From assembly GCA_046116545.1 (NCBI GenBank), contig CP175956.1, positions 513,734 to 577,733 of the forward strand: 64,000 nt of DNA, read 5' to 3'. The notes under the pieces were generated by a model. That model searched no databases and was not told where the DNA came from. It was given only the letters and a program-made list of their open reading frames with translations. Shown piece after piece: positions 1 to 8,082 of the stretch. This DNA comes from Candidatus Moraniibacteriota bacterium (GTDB taxonomy: Bacteria > Patescibacteriota > Minisyncoccia > Moranbacterales > GCA-2747515). Numbering within the stretch: position 1 is the stretch's first letter; each line of letters starts with the position of its first letter. The position numbers were made by a program, and so were the translations under genes.

Positions 1-600
1 ACAATCAGTTGCTCGTTGACACAAGTCAACATCTTCAAAATACAAAAAAAAGTCTTCATCAAAACCATTTAAGTCTCGTACAAATTTTGTAGTAGAAAAC
101 ATAGCAGCACCACTGACCCAGTCGGTAGTTATTATATCAGTAGATAACCATTTTTTTGTACATAAATTAAAATTATTTTTTAATGTTTGTTGTAGTGTTA
201 TTTTTTCACCAACTGACCAAGGCTCAGGTTGATTTTTTGTAGTTAAAATTTTTGGAGATACTATGGTATTAGAATTTTCCAGATATGTTGTAATTTTTGA
301 TAGATTTTTACAAAATTTTAAAGTGTCTGGATTTAAGAAACAAATAAATTTTGTAGTAACTTCATTCAATCCTATGTTACAAGCAGAGCCATAGCCAATG
401 TTTTTATTTATTTCGATAACTTTTTGATTTTTGAAATTGTGTTGAGATAAGCACACTGGTTTTTTGTCATTATTTACAATAATAACTTCAAATGAGGAAG
501 CATAATTAATTTTGCTTAAATCAGTTAAGCAAATGTTTAATTCGGTAGAGCTATTGTAGTTTACGATAATAAAGGTAATCGTATTATTTTCTTTTTTCAT
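1..600 (-). CDS. Family 2 glycosyltransferase (3' end truncated by window edge)
   Basis: Manual translation of the minus strand from ATG (rc of cat at 598-600): MKKENNTITFIIVNYNSS...FLNPDT...DEDFFLYFEDVDLCQRA, a typical GT2 fold signature. Overlaps the stop of the next GT2 by 17 nt. Confidence 0.6.
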   Translation of the reverse strand, partial: MKKENNTITFIIVNYNSSTELNICLTDLSKINYASSFEVIIVNNDKKPVCLSQHNFKNQKVIEINKNIGYGSACNIGLNEVTTKFICFLNPDTLKFCKNLSKITTYLENSNTIVSPKILTTKNQPEPWSVGEKITLQQTLKNNFNLCTKKWLSTDIITTDWVSGAAMFSTTKFVRDLNGFDEDFFLYFEDVDLCQRATDC

Positions 601-1414
601 AATTCATATATGCTTTATGTACCTGATCTGCTAATGGTTTGTTTTTTTTAAAATCATTATTATTTTTAAATTTACGCAGCGTAAAACGTAAATTAAACCA
701 TACTTTGGCAAGTCCGTGAGAATGTTTGTTGAAAAATAATAATCCAGATAAAACTAAAAAATATGTTTTTTGTGAATTTTCTGTTTCACTTAATTCTTTA
801 TGCCATGCATGAGCAGTTGAAATAATAGCTAATTTAAAACTAGCTTTATGAGCGCGTAATGAAAAATCAGCATCTTCATAATAAAGAAAGAATTGTTCAT
901 CAAAAAGACCTATTTTTTTAAATACATCTGGAGATACAGTCATGATGCAACCGCTGATGTAGTCAGTGGATTGTTTTTTGTGTGTTGCTCGTCCAGTGTA
1001 AAAAGAAATTTTCCCACCATCAAACCAAATAGAAGAAGATTTGTATTTATAGATTATTGGTGAAATTATGTCGGCAGTGCCATTTTGTATTGTGTCTGTA
1101 AGTGTTTTTATACAAGCCTTGTCTAAAATTGTATCAGGATTACAAAAAGTGACTGTAGCTGGATTTCGCTCAAGAGCGAATTTTGCACCAACATTAGCTC
1201 CAGCAGCAAAGCCTATGTTATGAGTGTTATAAATATAAGTAAGATTTGGGTATCTAGATTTGCAAAGTTCAAGGGAATTGTCTCTAGAGGCATTGTCGAC
1301 AATGATAATATTTACGACAACATTTTTGTTGCGCATAATACTATCAATACATTCGATGATATTGTTACCACCATTATAATTTACAATTATGAAGTAGTGT
1401 TTTTTTTGTTGCAT
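584..1414 (-). CDS. Family 2 glycosyltransferase
   Basis: 276 aa. IIVNYNGG...VDNASRDNS...FCNPDT...EDADFSLRA motifs (GT-A fold, DxD-like). Confidence 0.75.
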   Translation of the reverse strand: MQQKKHYFIIVNYNGGNNIIECIDSIMRNKNVVVNIIIVDNASRDNSLELCKSRYPNLTYIYNTHNIGFAAGANVGAKFALERNPATVTFCNPDTILDKACIKTLTDTIQNGTADIISPIIYKYKSSSIWFDGGKISFYTGRATHKKQSTDYISGCIMTVSPDVFKKIGLFDEQFFLYYEDADFSLRAHKASFKLAIISTAHAWHKELSETENSQKTYFLVLSGLLFFNKHSHGLAKVWFNLRFTLRKFKNNNDFKKNKPLADQVHKAYMNYEKRK

Positions 1415-1419
1415 ATAAT

Positions 1420-2832
1420 TTATGATCTTTTTGGTAATATATGCATTATATCATTACGTGTGATAACGCGAAAGGTAAGAAGTAATATAGAATAGATTAT
1501 TATAGAAAATCCTGCATTTATAAAGGGTGAAAAAGGGAAAAACAGGTAAACTAATATCATAGAGGCACCAGCAAATAGTATGAATGGTAGTCGGATAGTT
1601 GTTATTTCATAAGAAGTGTATTTGATAGCTAAGAACATAGTTATTAAAAATACAAAAACTTCAGTAATTACAGATACTACAGCAGCTCCTGTATATGAAT
1701 ATATAGGAATTAATATTATATTGGCACCAATATTTAGGATTGCAGCAATAATTAGCGCAAACATTAATTTTTTTTGCAGAGAGCCAGCTATGAGTATGTT
1801 TGTAAACAAATGTCCAAAAAATATACTAGCAAGTGCAAAAACAAGTATTTGTAGTACAGGAGCTGAATTTTCAAAACCAGGTCCACCCACAATTGCTATA
1901 ATATCAGGAGCTAAAAATACAACACTAATAACTAAAGGAACAACAATAAGTGTAAACATTTTCAATATTATATTTGAGATTTTGATAAACTTCTTTTTAT
2001 CGGTGAATATATATCTAGAAAAAAGTGGAAACATAAGTCCTATTACCATTGCTGGAAAAAAAATAAGAGTTTCTATGATTTTATAGGCCGCACTATAAAT
2101 TCCTACGGCGCTAGTTGTTGTGAAAAATGATAAAAGAATTATATCAATTTTGAAGTATAAAAATGTAACAAAAGCACTTACACCCATTGGAGCCGATTCT
2201 TTCAAAAACAATTTCCAGTAGTCACTATCAAATTTAATGGATATTTTGGTATACTTTTTAGAAAGAAAAAATAACCAAATAAAATTCCAAAACATTGCAA
2301 TAAAAATTGCTACTAATGTGTAAACAAAGCTTAGTTTGTAGTTTATAATAATGAGTAATATTATTACCTGTATTACTTTTCCAGAAAGTTCAACTAATGC
2401 AACTCTATCCATTGCAATATGCTTTTGGAATAATCCATTTAAAAGACCGTAGCTAGACGAAAAAAGAAAAGCTCCAGAAGCAATCAGTATACCAACCTTT
2501 ATATCTTGTTCGTAAGGTAAAAACCAAACAAATAAAGCAGTAAAGAATAATATAGTTAGTGATATTATTAATCTTAATGTAAAAATTCTACTTAAAATCC
2601 AAGATTCATCAGAATTTTCACGTGATATTTTTCTTGTAGCTATTGAGTATAATCCAAAATCTCCAACAGCTGAAAAGAACGCAAAAAAGGCTAAAACAGT
2701 AGCATATTTACCAAAACCATCTGTGCCTAAATATCTAGTAAGCATTCCAATACCAAAGAGAGCCAAAGCAATTGATAATACTTTGGCTATCCCGTTTACA
2801 ATAATGTTATATGAAATCTTTTGTGCAAGCAT
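1420..2832 (-). CDS. Polysaccharide biosynthesis protein / Wzx-like flippase (MOP superfamily)
   Basis: 470 aa with about 12-14 predicted TM helices and an N-terminal layout typical of PST/Wzx exporters. Adjacent to two GT2 genes. Confidence 0.6.
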   Translation of the reverse strand: MLAQKISYNIIVNGIAKVLSIALALFGIGMLTRYLGTDGFGKYATVLAFFAFFSAVGDFGLYSIATRKISRENSDESWILSRIFTLRLIISLTILFFTALFVWFLPYEQDIKVGILIASGAFLFSSSYGLLNGLFQKHIAMDRVALVELSGKVIQVIILLIIINYKLSFVYTLVAIFIAMFWNFIWLFFLSKKYTKISIKFDSDYWKLFLKESAPMGVSAFVTFLYFKIDIILLSFFTTTSAVGIYSAAYKIIETLIFFPAMVIGLMFPLFSRYIFTDKKKFIKISNIILKMFTLIVVPLVISVVFLAPDIIAIVGGPGFENSAPVLQILVFALASIFFGHLFTNILIAGSLQKKLMFALIIAAILNIGANIILIPIYSYTGAAVVSVITEVFVFLITMFLAIKYTSYEITTIRLPFILFAGASMILVYLFFPFSPFINAGFSIIIYSILLLTFRVITRNDIMHILPKRS

Positions 2833-2837
2833 AGTTT

Positions 2838-3323
2838 TTATAATGAATCCATGATGCTTTTTGGTTTTATAATGACCTTGCGTTCTTCTCTTTCACCGAT
2901 ACTTTCTGTTTCAACTCTATCATCACTATCAACTGTCATGTGAACAATTCTCCTTTCGTAAGCATTCATAGGACGTAGTACAATAGGCTTTTTCTCTCCT
3001 GAGGCTTGATTTGCGGCATCCTTTGCAATATTAGCTATCATTCTATCCTTATCTTCTTTATAGCCGTTTATATCTATATTAACTCTATCAGAGTAGCCAT
3101 TTTTATAAAGAATTGATCGAAGTAAATGTTCAAAGGCATATAAATTAGATCCATGTTGTCCTATTAAGAACCGAGAGTCTGTTTTTGTTGTGATGAAACA
3201 TGTAATATTTTTTCTATCCGTTTTTGTGTCCAATTCTTCTTTTATAGAACAATCGGCATCAAAGTCCATTAATTTTAATATTTTATTTACACTACTTTCT
3301 ATTGTCTCGTGTGCATTATCCAT
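2838..3323 (-). CDS. jag: Jag/KhpB-like RNA-binding protein (KH + R3H domains)
   Basis: 161 aa. C-terminal R3H-like segment ...LRPMNAYERRIVHMTV.... Conserved position downstream of yidC. Confidence 0.65.
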   Translation of the reverse strand: MDNAHETIESSVNKILKLMDFDADCSIKEELDTKTDRKNITCFITTKTDSRFLIGQHGSNLYAFEHLLRSILYKNGYSDRVNIDINGYKEDKDRMIANIAKDAANQASGEKKPIVLRPMNAYERRIVHMTVDSDDRVETESIGEREERKVIIKPKSIMDSL

Positions 3324-3437
3324 AATAATTACGTTATATTAATTACTTGTCATTTCGACTGTAGCAATTTAATAATTTTTTTATTAAAGCTACAGTTGAA
3401 ATGACCGTGTGGATAATGTTTATTTGTAAATTTAAAA

Positions 3438-4202
3438 CTATTTTGTTTTTGATTTTATTTCTTTACTATTCATCTTTTCTTTATATATAATATACCATTG
3501 TTGAGCAATCATGAAAACAGTTGATGTCAACCAGTACAAGGCAAGTCCAGAAGGAAATTTAATACCAATGAATAATGTCATAATAGGAACTATGAATAGC
3601 ATTTGTTTTTGCATGATAGTTGCAAAATCAGGAGCATCATCCTTTTTAGCAACCTCAGCTTTTTTATCTTCATTTGCTGCAGTTTTAGCTTGCATCATTT
3701 TTAATTGGTAGAACTGTGCAGCAGCTGTAATAACAGCTAGTAGTATACTTGGTTCAGCAAGGTTCATAATTCCTAGGAACATTCCATTGATAACTTCAGG
3801 AACAGGAATAAAAGAATAAAGATTTTCAGCATGTATTGTTAAAGCATCATTTTCAGCAAGATTGATAATAACACGATACATTGTTATGAAAATAATCATT
3901 TGTATAATAAGCGGCAAACAACCAGCTGCAGGGTTTATTTTGTGTTCTTTATATAGGGCCATTGTTTTTTTTGATAACTGTTCCTTGTCATCTTTGTATT
4001 TTTTTTGTAATTCTTTAATTTTAGGTTGCAATTCTTGCATTTCCTTCTGTGATTCAATTTGTTTTTTTGATAAAGGAACAAGTAATAATTTTATAGCAAT
4101 TGTCATAACAATTATAGCAATTCCAAAATCACCAAAAATGTCATAAAGACCAATAAGTATATTGTAAATAGGTTGATATATAAGTATAAATAAGATTTCC
4201 AT
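3438..4202 (-). CDS. yidC: Membrane protein insertase YidC/Oxa1 (short form)
   Basis: 254 aa multi-TM protein in the rnpA-yidC-jag context. Conserved YidC core helices (…LPLIIQMIIF…, …GLALYWLTSTVFMIAQQ…). Confidence 0.8.
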   Translation of the reverse strand: MEILFILIYQPIYNILIGLYDIFGDFGIAIIVMTIAIKLLLVPLSKKQIESQKEMQELQPKIKELQKKYKDDKEQLSKKTMALYKEHKINPAAGCLPLIIQMIIFITMYRVIINLAENDALTIHAENLYSFIPVPEVINGMFLGIMNLAEPSILLAVITAAAQFYQLKMMQAKTAANEDKKAEVAKKDDAPDFATIMQKQMLFIVPIMTLFIGIKFPSGLALYWLTSTVFMIAQQWYIIYKEKMNSKEIKSKTK

Positions 4203-4219
4203 AAGTATAATTAGTAGTT

Positions 4220-4564
4220 TTAATTAGATAATAGGGATATGTCATGCAGCATTGTTACTAAAATCTCGTAAGCCTCCTTATATGTTAGCACTTTATCACG
4301 ATTTGTATAGGATATAATGATATCAAAGCCAGGCTTTATTTGAGGGTATAGTTCTGTCATAACAGATTGTAATATTCTACGTTGTCTATTTCTATTAACT
4401 GCTAGTAATGAGTGTTTTTTACCAACAATAAATCCTATTCTAGAGCACTTTTCATGATTCACTCTAAAAGACAACAACACGCCACTGTGAAAGTGACGTT
4501 TGCCATGTTTGAATACTCGTATAAAGTCTTTGTTGTGTCGAAGTCGTTTAGTTCTGCCCAACAT
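4220..4564 (-). CDS. rnpA: RNase P protein component
   Basis: 114 aa basic protein (LRHNKDFIRVFKHGKR...). Sits immediately downstream of rpmH. Confidence 0.8.
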   Translation of the reverse strand: MLGRTKRLRHNKDFIRVFKHGKRHFHSGVLLSFRVNHEKCSRIGFIVGKKHSLLAVNRNRQRRILQSVMTELYPQIKPGFDIIISYTNRDKVLTYKEAYEILVTMLHDISLLSN

Positions 4565-4587
4565 GAAATTATATATATTATAGGTGT

Positions 4588-4722
4588 TTAAACAGAAAGT
4601 TTCGCACGACCTTTTTGTCGTCGTCTTTTCAAAACAAGCTGTCCAGATCGTGTCTGCATTCTTTTTAGAAATCCATGTACACGTTTCCGCTTACCTTTTT
4701 TAGGTTGGTATGTTCGCTTCAT
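4588..4722 (-). CDS. rpmH: 50S ribosomal protein L34
   Basis: Manual translation: [44 protein letters not shown] (44 aa), canonical L34. Not in the supplied ORF track (too short). Confidence 0.9.
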   Translation of the reverse strand: MKRTYQPKKGKRKRVHGFLKRMQTRSGQLVLKRRRQKGRAKLSV

Positions 4723-5099
4723 AACCGAAATAGTCATTAATTAAATATCCCAATAATCATAGCACTACATTGAACAAAAGTCAATAAAATGAAGGTGATT
4801 GGCAAAATAATTGTTTATATATGAGTGCATGTTGTGTGGTCTATGATAAAGTTATTAACATATACGCAAGTTCCTGTTAATAACTTATCCACATGTTATT
4901 AACTAACTGTGGATAACTCAACACATTTTGTTTATTTGTAGATAAATGCTATAATCCTTTAAGAAGAAATTAACTATATATTTACTATGTATGCATGTAT
5001 AGCATGTGGATAACTAAAGTAAGGTCAACTTGGTGTGAAGTGTCTGGTACATTAAGTATTGTTAGAAGGATTTGTATTTAATTTAATTAGCAATTTAAA
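4723..5099. other. oriC: Chromosomal replication origin (oriC) with DnaA boxes
   Basis: AT-rich rpmH-dnaA spacer. Perfect DnaA boxes: TTATCCACA at 4885-4893, TGTGGATAA at 4908-4916 and 5006-5014. Confidence 0.7.
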
Positions 5100-6512
5100 G
5101 TGATGAATAATTCAGAATTGTGGCGTTCAGTTTTGGGGAACATTGAATTGTCTATATCAAAAGCAAATTTTAGCACTTGGTTTAAAAACACAGCAATTTT
5201 ATCTATTGAAAATAATCATGTTGTGGTGGGAGTGCCTAATGGTTTTGCAAAAGAATGGTTGGAGAATAAATATCAATCATATATACTTCAAGCCCTTCGC
5301 AAGGAAACACCAGAAATACATAGTATGAGTTGCGCTGTTTATAATCCGCAAGAGATAGATAATAAGGAAAAATCTAAAGAACAATCTGAGGGAGTTAAAA
5401 ATGACATACAATCTGAAACAAAGAAAATCTCTAGACAAGTTAGCATGCAAAATAATACGACTAGCTCTGATAATTTTACGAAAAATAATATAAGTTTAAA
5501 TTCTAGGTATACATTTGATAATTTCATAGTTGGTGAACACAATGAATTAGCAAAAGCGGCTTGTCATGCAGTTTGTGAAGATGTGGGTAGAATTTATAAT
5601 CCATTATTTATTTATGGAAAAGTGGGACTCGGTAAAACACATTTATTACAATCAATTGGAAACCATGTTCGAGCTGCAGATGCTTCAAAAAAAATTGTTT
5701 ACACAACATCGGAGAGATTTACAGCAGAACTTGTTAATTCTATTAAAAATAACAGAGCAGATAAATTTAAGGAAGAATATCAAAAAGTTGATTTACTTAT
5801 AATTGATGATGTTCAGTTTTTAGCAGGAAAAGAAAAAACACAACAAGAATTTTTTCATATTTTTAATTCTCTATATAACTTAAATAAGCAAATTGTAATT
5901 TCAAGCGACAGACCACCAAAATCTATAAGCACACTGGAAGATAGGTTGCGCTCACGATTTGAAGGAGGGATGATTGTTGATGTTAGTCAACCTGATTTAG
6001 AAACTCGTATCGCAATTCTACGTACCAAGGCTGTTGAAAGAGGTTTCTATCTAAGTGATGATGTATTGCGGTTTATGGCAGAAAATATTAAAAATAATAT
6101 TAGAGAATTGGAGGGAGCGTTAAATAGGGTTATGGCAATTTGTGAGTTATATAAAAAAGAGCCAACTCAGCAAATGGTGGAACAAGCGCTTAGTGAAATA
6201 ATAAAAAGTAATAAAAAAACAGGGGTTCAAAGTAAAAATGTACTGGAAGTAGTTTCAGAATTTTATGAAGTTGATAAAGAAGAGCTATTAAAAAAAGGAC
6301 GTAAAAAGGAAATTGTACGACCTCGTCAGATTGCAATGTATATTTTGCGAGAGGAGATGAACATGTCATATCCAGGGATTGGTAAATATTTTAGTGGACG
6401 TGATCACACAACAGCATTACATGCTGTTGAAAAAATAAAAAGGGAGATTAAAGAAGATGAAAAATTTAAAGATGAAGTTGGATTTTTGAGAGAAAAACTA
6501 TATACGGTATAA
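5100..6512 (+). CDS. dnaA: Chromosomal replication initiator DnaA
   Basis: 470 aa. AAA+ Walker A GKVGLGKTHLL, box VII, C-terminal DNA-binding helix-turn-helix (…RPRQIAMYILREEMN…HTT…). Confidence 0.95.
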   Translation: MMNNSELWRSVLGNIELSISKANFSTWFKNTAILSIENNHVVVGVPNGFAKEWLENKYQSYILQALRKETPEIHSMSCAVYNPQEIDNKEKSKEQSEGVKNDIQSETKKISRQVSMQNNTTSSDNFTKNNISLNSRYTFDNFIVGEHNELAKAACHAVCEDVGRIYNPLFIYGKVGLGKTHLLQSIGNHVRAADASKKIVYTTSERFTAELVNSIKNNRADKFKEEYQKVDLLIIDDVQFLAGKEKTQQEFFHIFNSLYNLNKQIVISSDRPPKSISTLEDRLRSRFEGGMIVDVSQPDLETRIAILRTKAVERGFYLSDDVLRFMAENIKNNIRELEGALNRVMAICELYKKEPTQQMVEQALSEIIKSNKKTGVQSKNVLEVVSEFYEVDKEELLKKGRKKEIVRPRQIAMYILREEMNMSYPGIGKYFSGRDHTTALHAVEKIKREIKEDEKFKDEVGFLREKLYTV

Positions 6513-6551
6513 ATTAATTTGTCGGGGGATATAATCTTTTAATAAAAACTT

Positions 6552-7694
6552 ATGAAAGTAGTTTGCACATATGAAAATTTGAAGAATGCATTGCAAGAAA
6601 CAGAATTTGCAACAAGTAAAAGTGCTCAGTTATCTATTTTGAACAATATTTTAATAGAGACTGATGGAGGTCAGCTTTGTCTTTCGGCTACAAATTTGGA
6701 AATTGGAATTGTTAAAAAAATTCAAGCAAAAATTGATGAGCCAGGTAAAATTGTTGTATCCGCTAGTCTTCTGGGTAGTTTTTTAACAGCTTTAAGAGGA
6801 ACTGAGCATGTAAATATAAGTGTTGAAGGTCGTATTTTAACACTGGAAAGTGGAGCACATAAGGCAAAAATTAATGGTTATGATGTTGAGGACTTCCCGA
6901 TTATTCCTAGCAGCAATGAACAGGATATGATGGAATTATCATTACCTCAACTTAAAACAAGTATATCAAAGGTGTTAAACTTTACATCAAAAGCTGAGAC
7001 TAGGGTAGAGTTGACTGGTGTTTTCATGTCATTTGAAGAAGAATCGATTTGTTCTGTTGCAACAGATAGCTTTAGACTTGGGGAAATGTGTGTGCCATTT
7101 AAAGATTTGATAATTAATAAGGGAACAGGTAATGCTTTAACTGAAAATAATCAACAAATAATATTACCACAGCAATTGTGTGTATATATTAATAGACTCT
7201 CAGATGAACATAAGACAATTCAGTGTAGTATAGAGGAAAACCATTTGTTTTTAATTTGTGATGATCTATATATAACTGCGAGATTAATTGATGGAGCATA
7301 TCCTGACTATAAGCAAATTATACCAACTAGCTCAGTAACCAATGTAATTATAAAAAAAGATGCTTTATTGGAGGCTATGAAAGTGACAACTGTGTTTACA
7401 GGAAAAGAAAGCGGAGAAATACATTTTGATATAAATGAAGGAAAATTAAAAATCACAACAAGACAACAGGAAGTCGGTGAAAACACAACGGAATTAGATA
7501 TTGATTTAAAAGGGGATGCTCAAAATATTGTATTAAATCCTCGTTTTGTAATTGATGGTGTTGGTAAAATTGATGCCGAAAATATTAATATTGCAATAAA
7601 TGGAAATGCAGCGCCAGTTGTGTTTAGAGGTTTTGATAATGAGGAGCTTGATGAAAAGTATACTTATATAGTCATGCCAGTTAAGAGCGCATAA
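6552..7694 (+). CDS. dnaN: DNA polymerase III beta sliding clamp
   Basis: 380 aa immediately after dnaA. Three-domain clamp pattern. Confidence 0.9.
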   Translation: MKVVCTYENLKNALQETEFATSKSAQLSILNNILIETDGGQLCLSATNLEIGIVKKIQAKIDEPGKIVVSASLLGSFLTALRGTEHVNISVEGRILTLESGAHKAKINGYDVEDFPIIPSSNEQDMMELSLPQLKTSISKVLNFTSKAETRVELTGVFMSFEEESICSVATDSFRLGEMCVPFKDLIINKGTGNALTENNQQIILPQQLCVYINRLSDEHKTIQCSIEENHLFLICDDLYITARLIDGAYPDYKQIIPTSSVTNVIIKKDALLEAMKVTTVFTGKESGEIHFDINEGKLKITTRQQEVGENTTELDIDLKGDAQNIVLNPRFVIDGVGKIDAENINIAINGNAAPVVFRGFDNEELDEKYTYIVMPVKSA

Positions 7695-7699
7695 TATAC

Positions 7700-8002
7700 A
7701 TGAAAAACATAACAGATTATATTGCAAGCAAGCAAAAGAAGGTCAAAAAACAGAGAAAAAATAATGTGGAAATAGATTCTCAGACAGTGATGCATCTATT
7801 TTCTTTATCTGTTCGAGATGAATATGGTAGACAAGGCGAAAAGAATATAGTGCCAAAATTTTATAAAAATGGCATTATATTTGTTAGTATACAAAATTCT
7901 ATTTGGGCTCAAGAGTTATGGATGAATAGGAGTTTGTTTGTAAAAAATTTAAATGAAAAAATTGGTCGTGATGTTGTGAAAAATATTAAAATAGCAACTT
8001 AA
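7700..8002 (+). CDS. DUF721 (DciA-like) protein
   Basis: 100 aa. ...IIFVSIQNSIWAQELWMNRSLFVKNLNEKIGRDVVKNIKI matches the DUF721 signature (…V.v.ssaWaqEL.....l...lN..lG...i..I…) recalled from memory. Canonical position next to dnaN. Confidence 0.5.
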   Translation: MKNITDYIASKQKKVKKQRKNNVEIDSQTVMHLFSLSVRDEYGRQGEKNIVPKFYKNGIIFVSIQNSIWAQELWMNRSLFVKNLNEKIGRDVVKNIKIAT

Positions 8003-8017
8003 TTTGGAAGACTTGCT

Positions 8018-8056
8018 AAAAACCCACCCTATTTTTAAATATAGGGTGGGTTTTTA
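8018..8056. terminator. Rho-independent terminator (bidirectional hairpin)
   Basis: aaaaacccaccctat-ttttaaat-atagggtgggttttt: perfect stem flanked by A-run and T-run. Confidence 0.7.
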
Positions 8057-8082
8057 TAATAGTATATGTTGTAATTTAAGAC

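Noticed and set aside
1220-2086. ORF-track entries 1220..1495 (+) and 1616..2086 (+), antisense to the GT2 and flippase genes
   Set aside because: Fully embedded opposite strong, motif-bearing genes, and low-complexity translations. Typical antisense artefacts.
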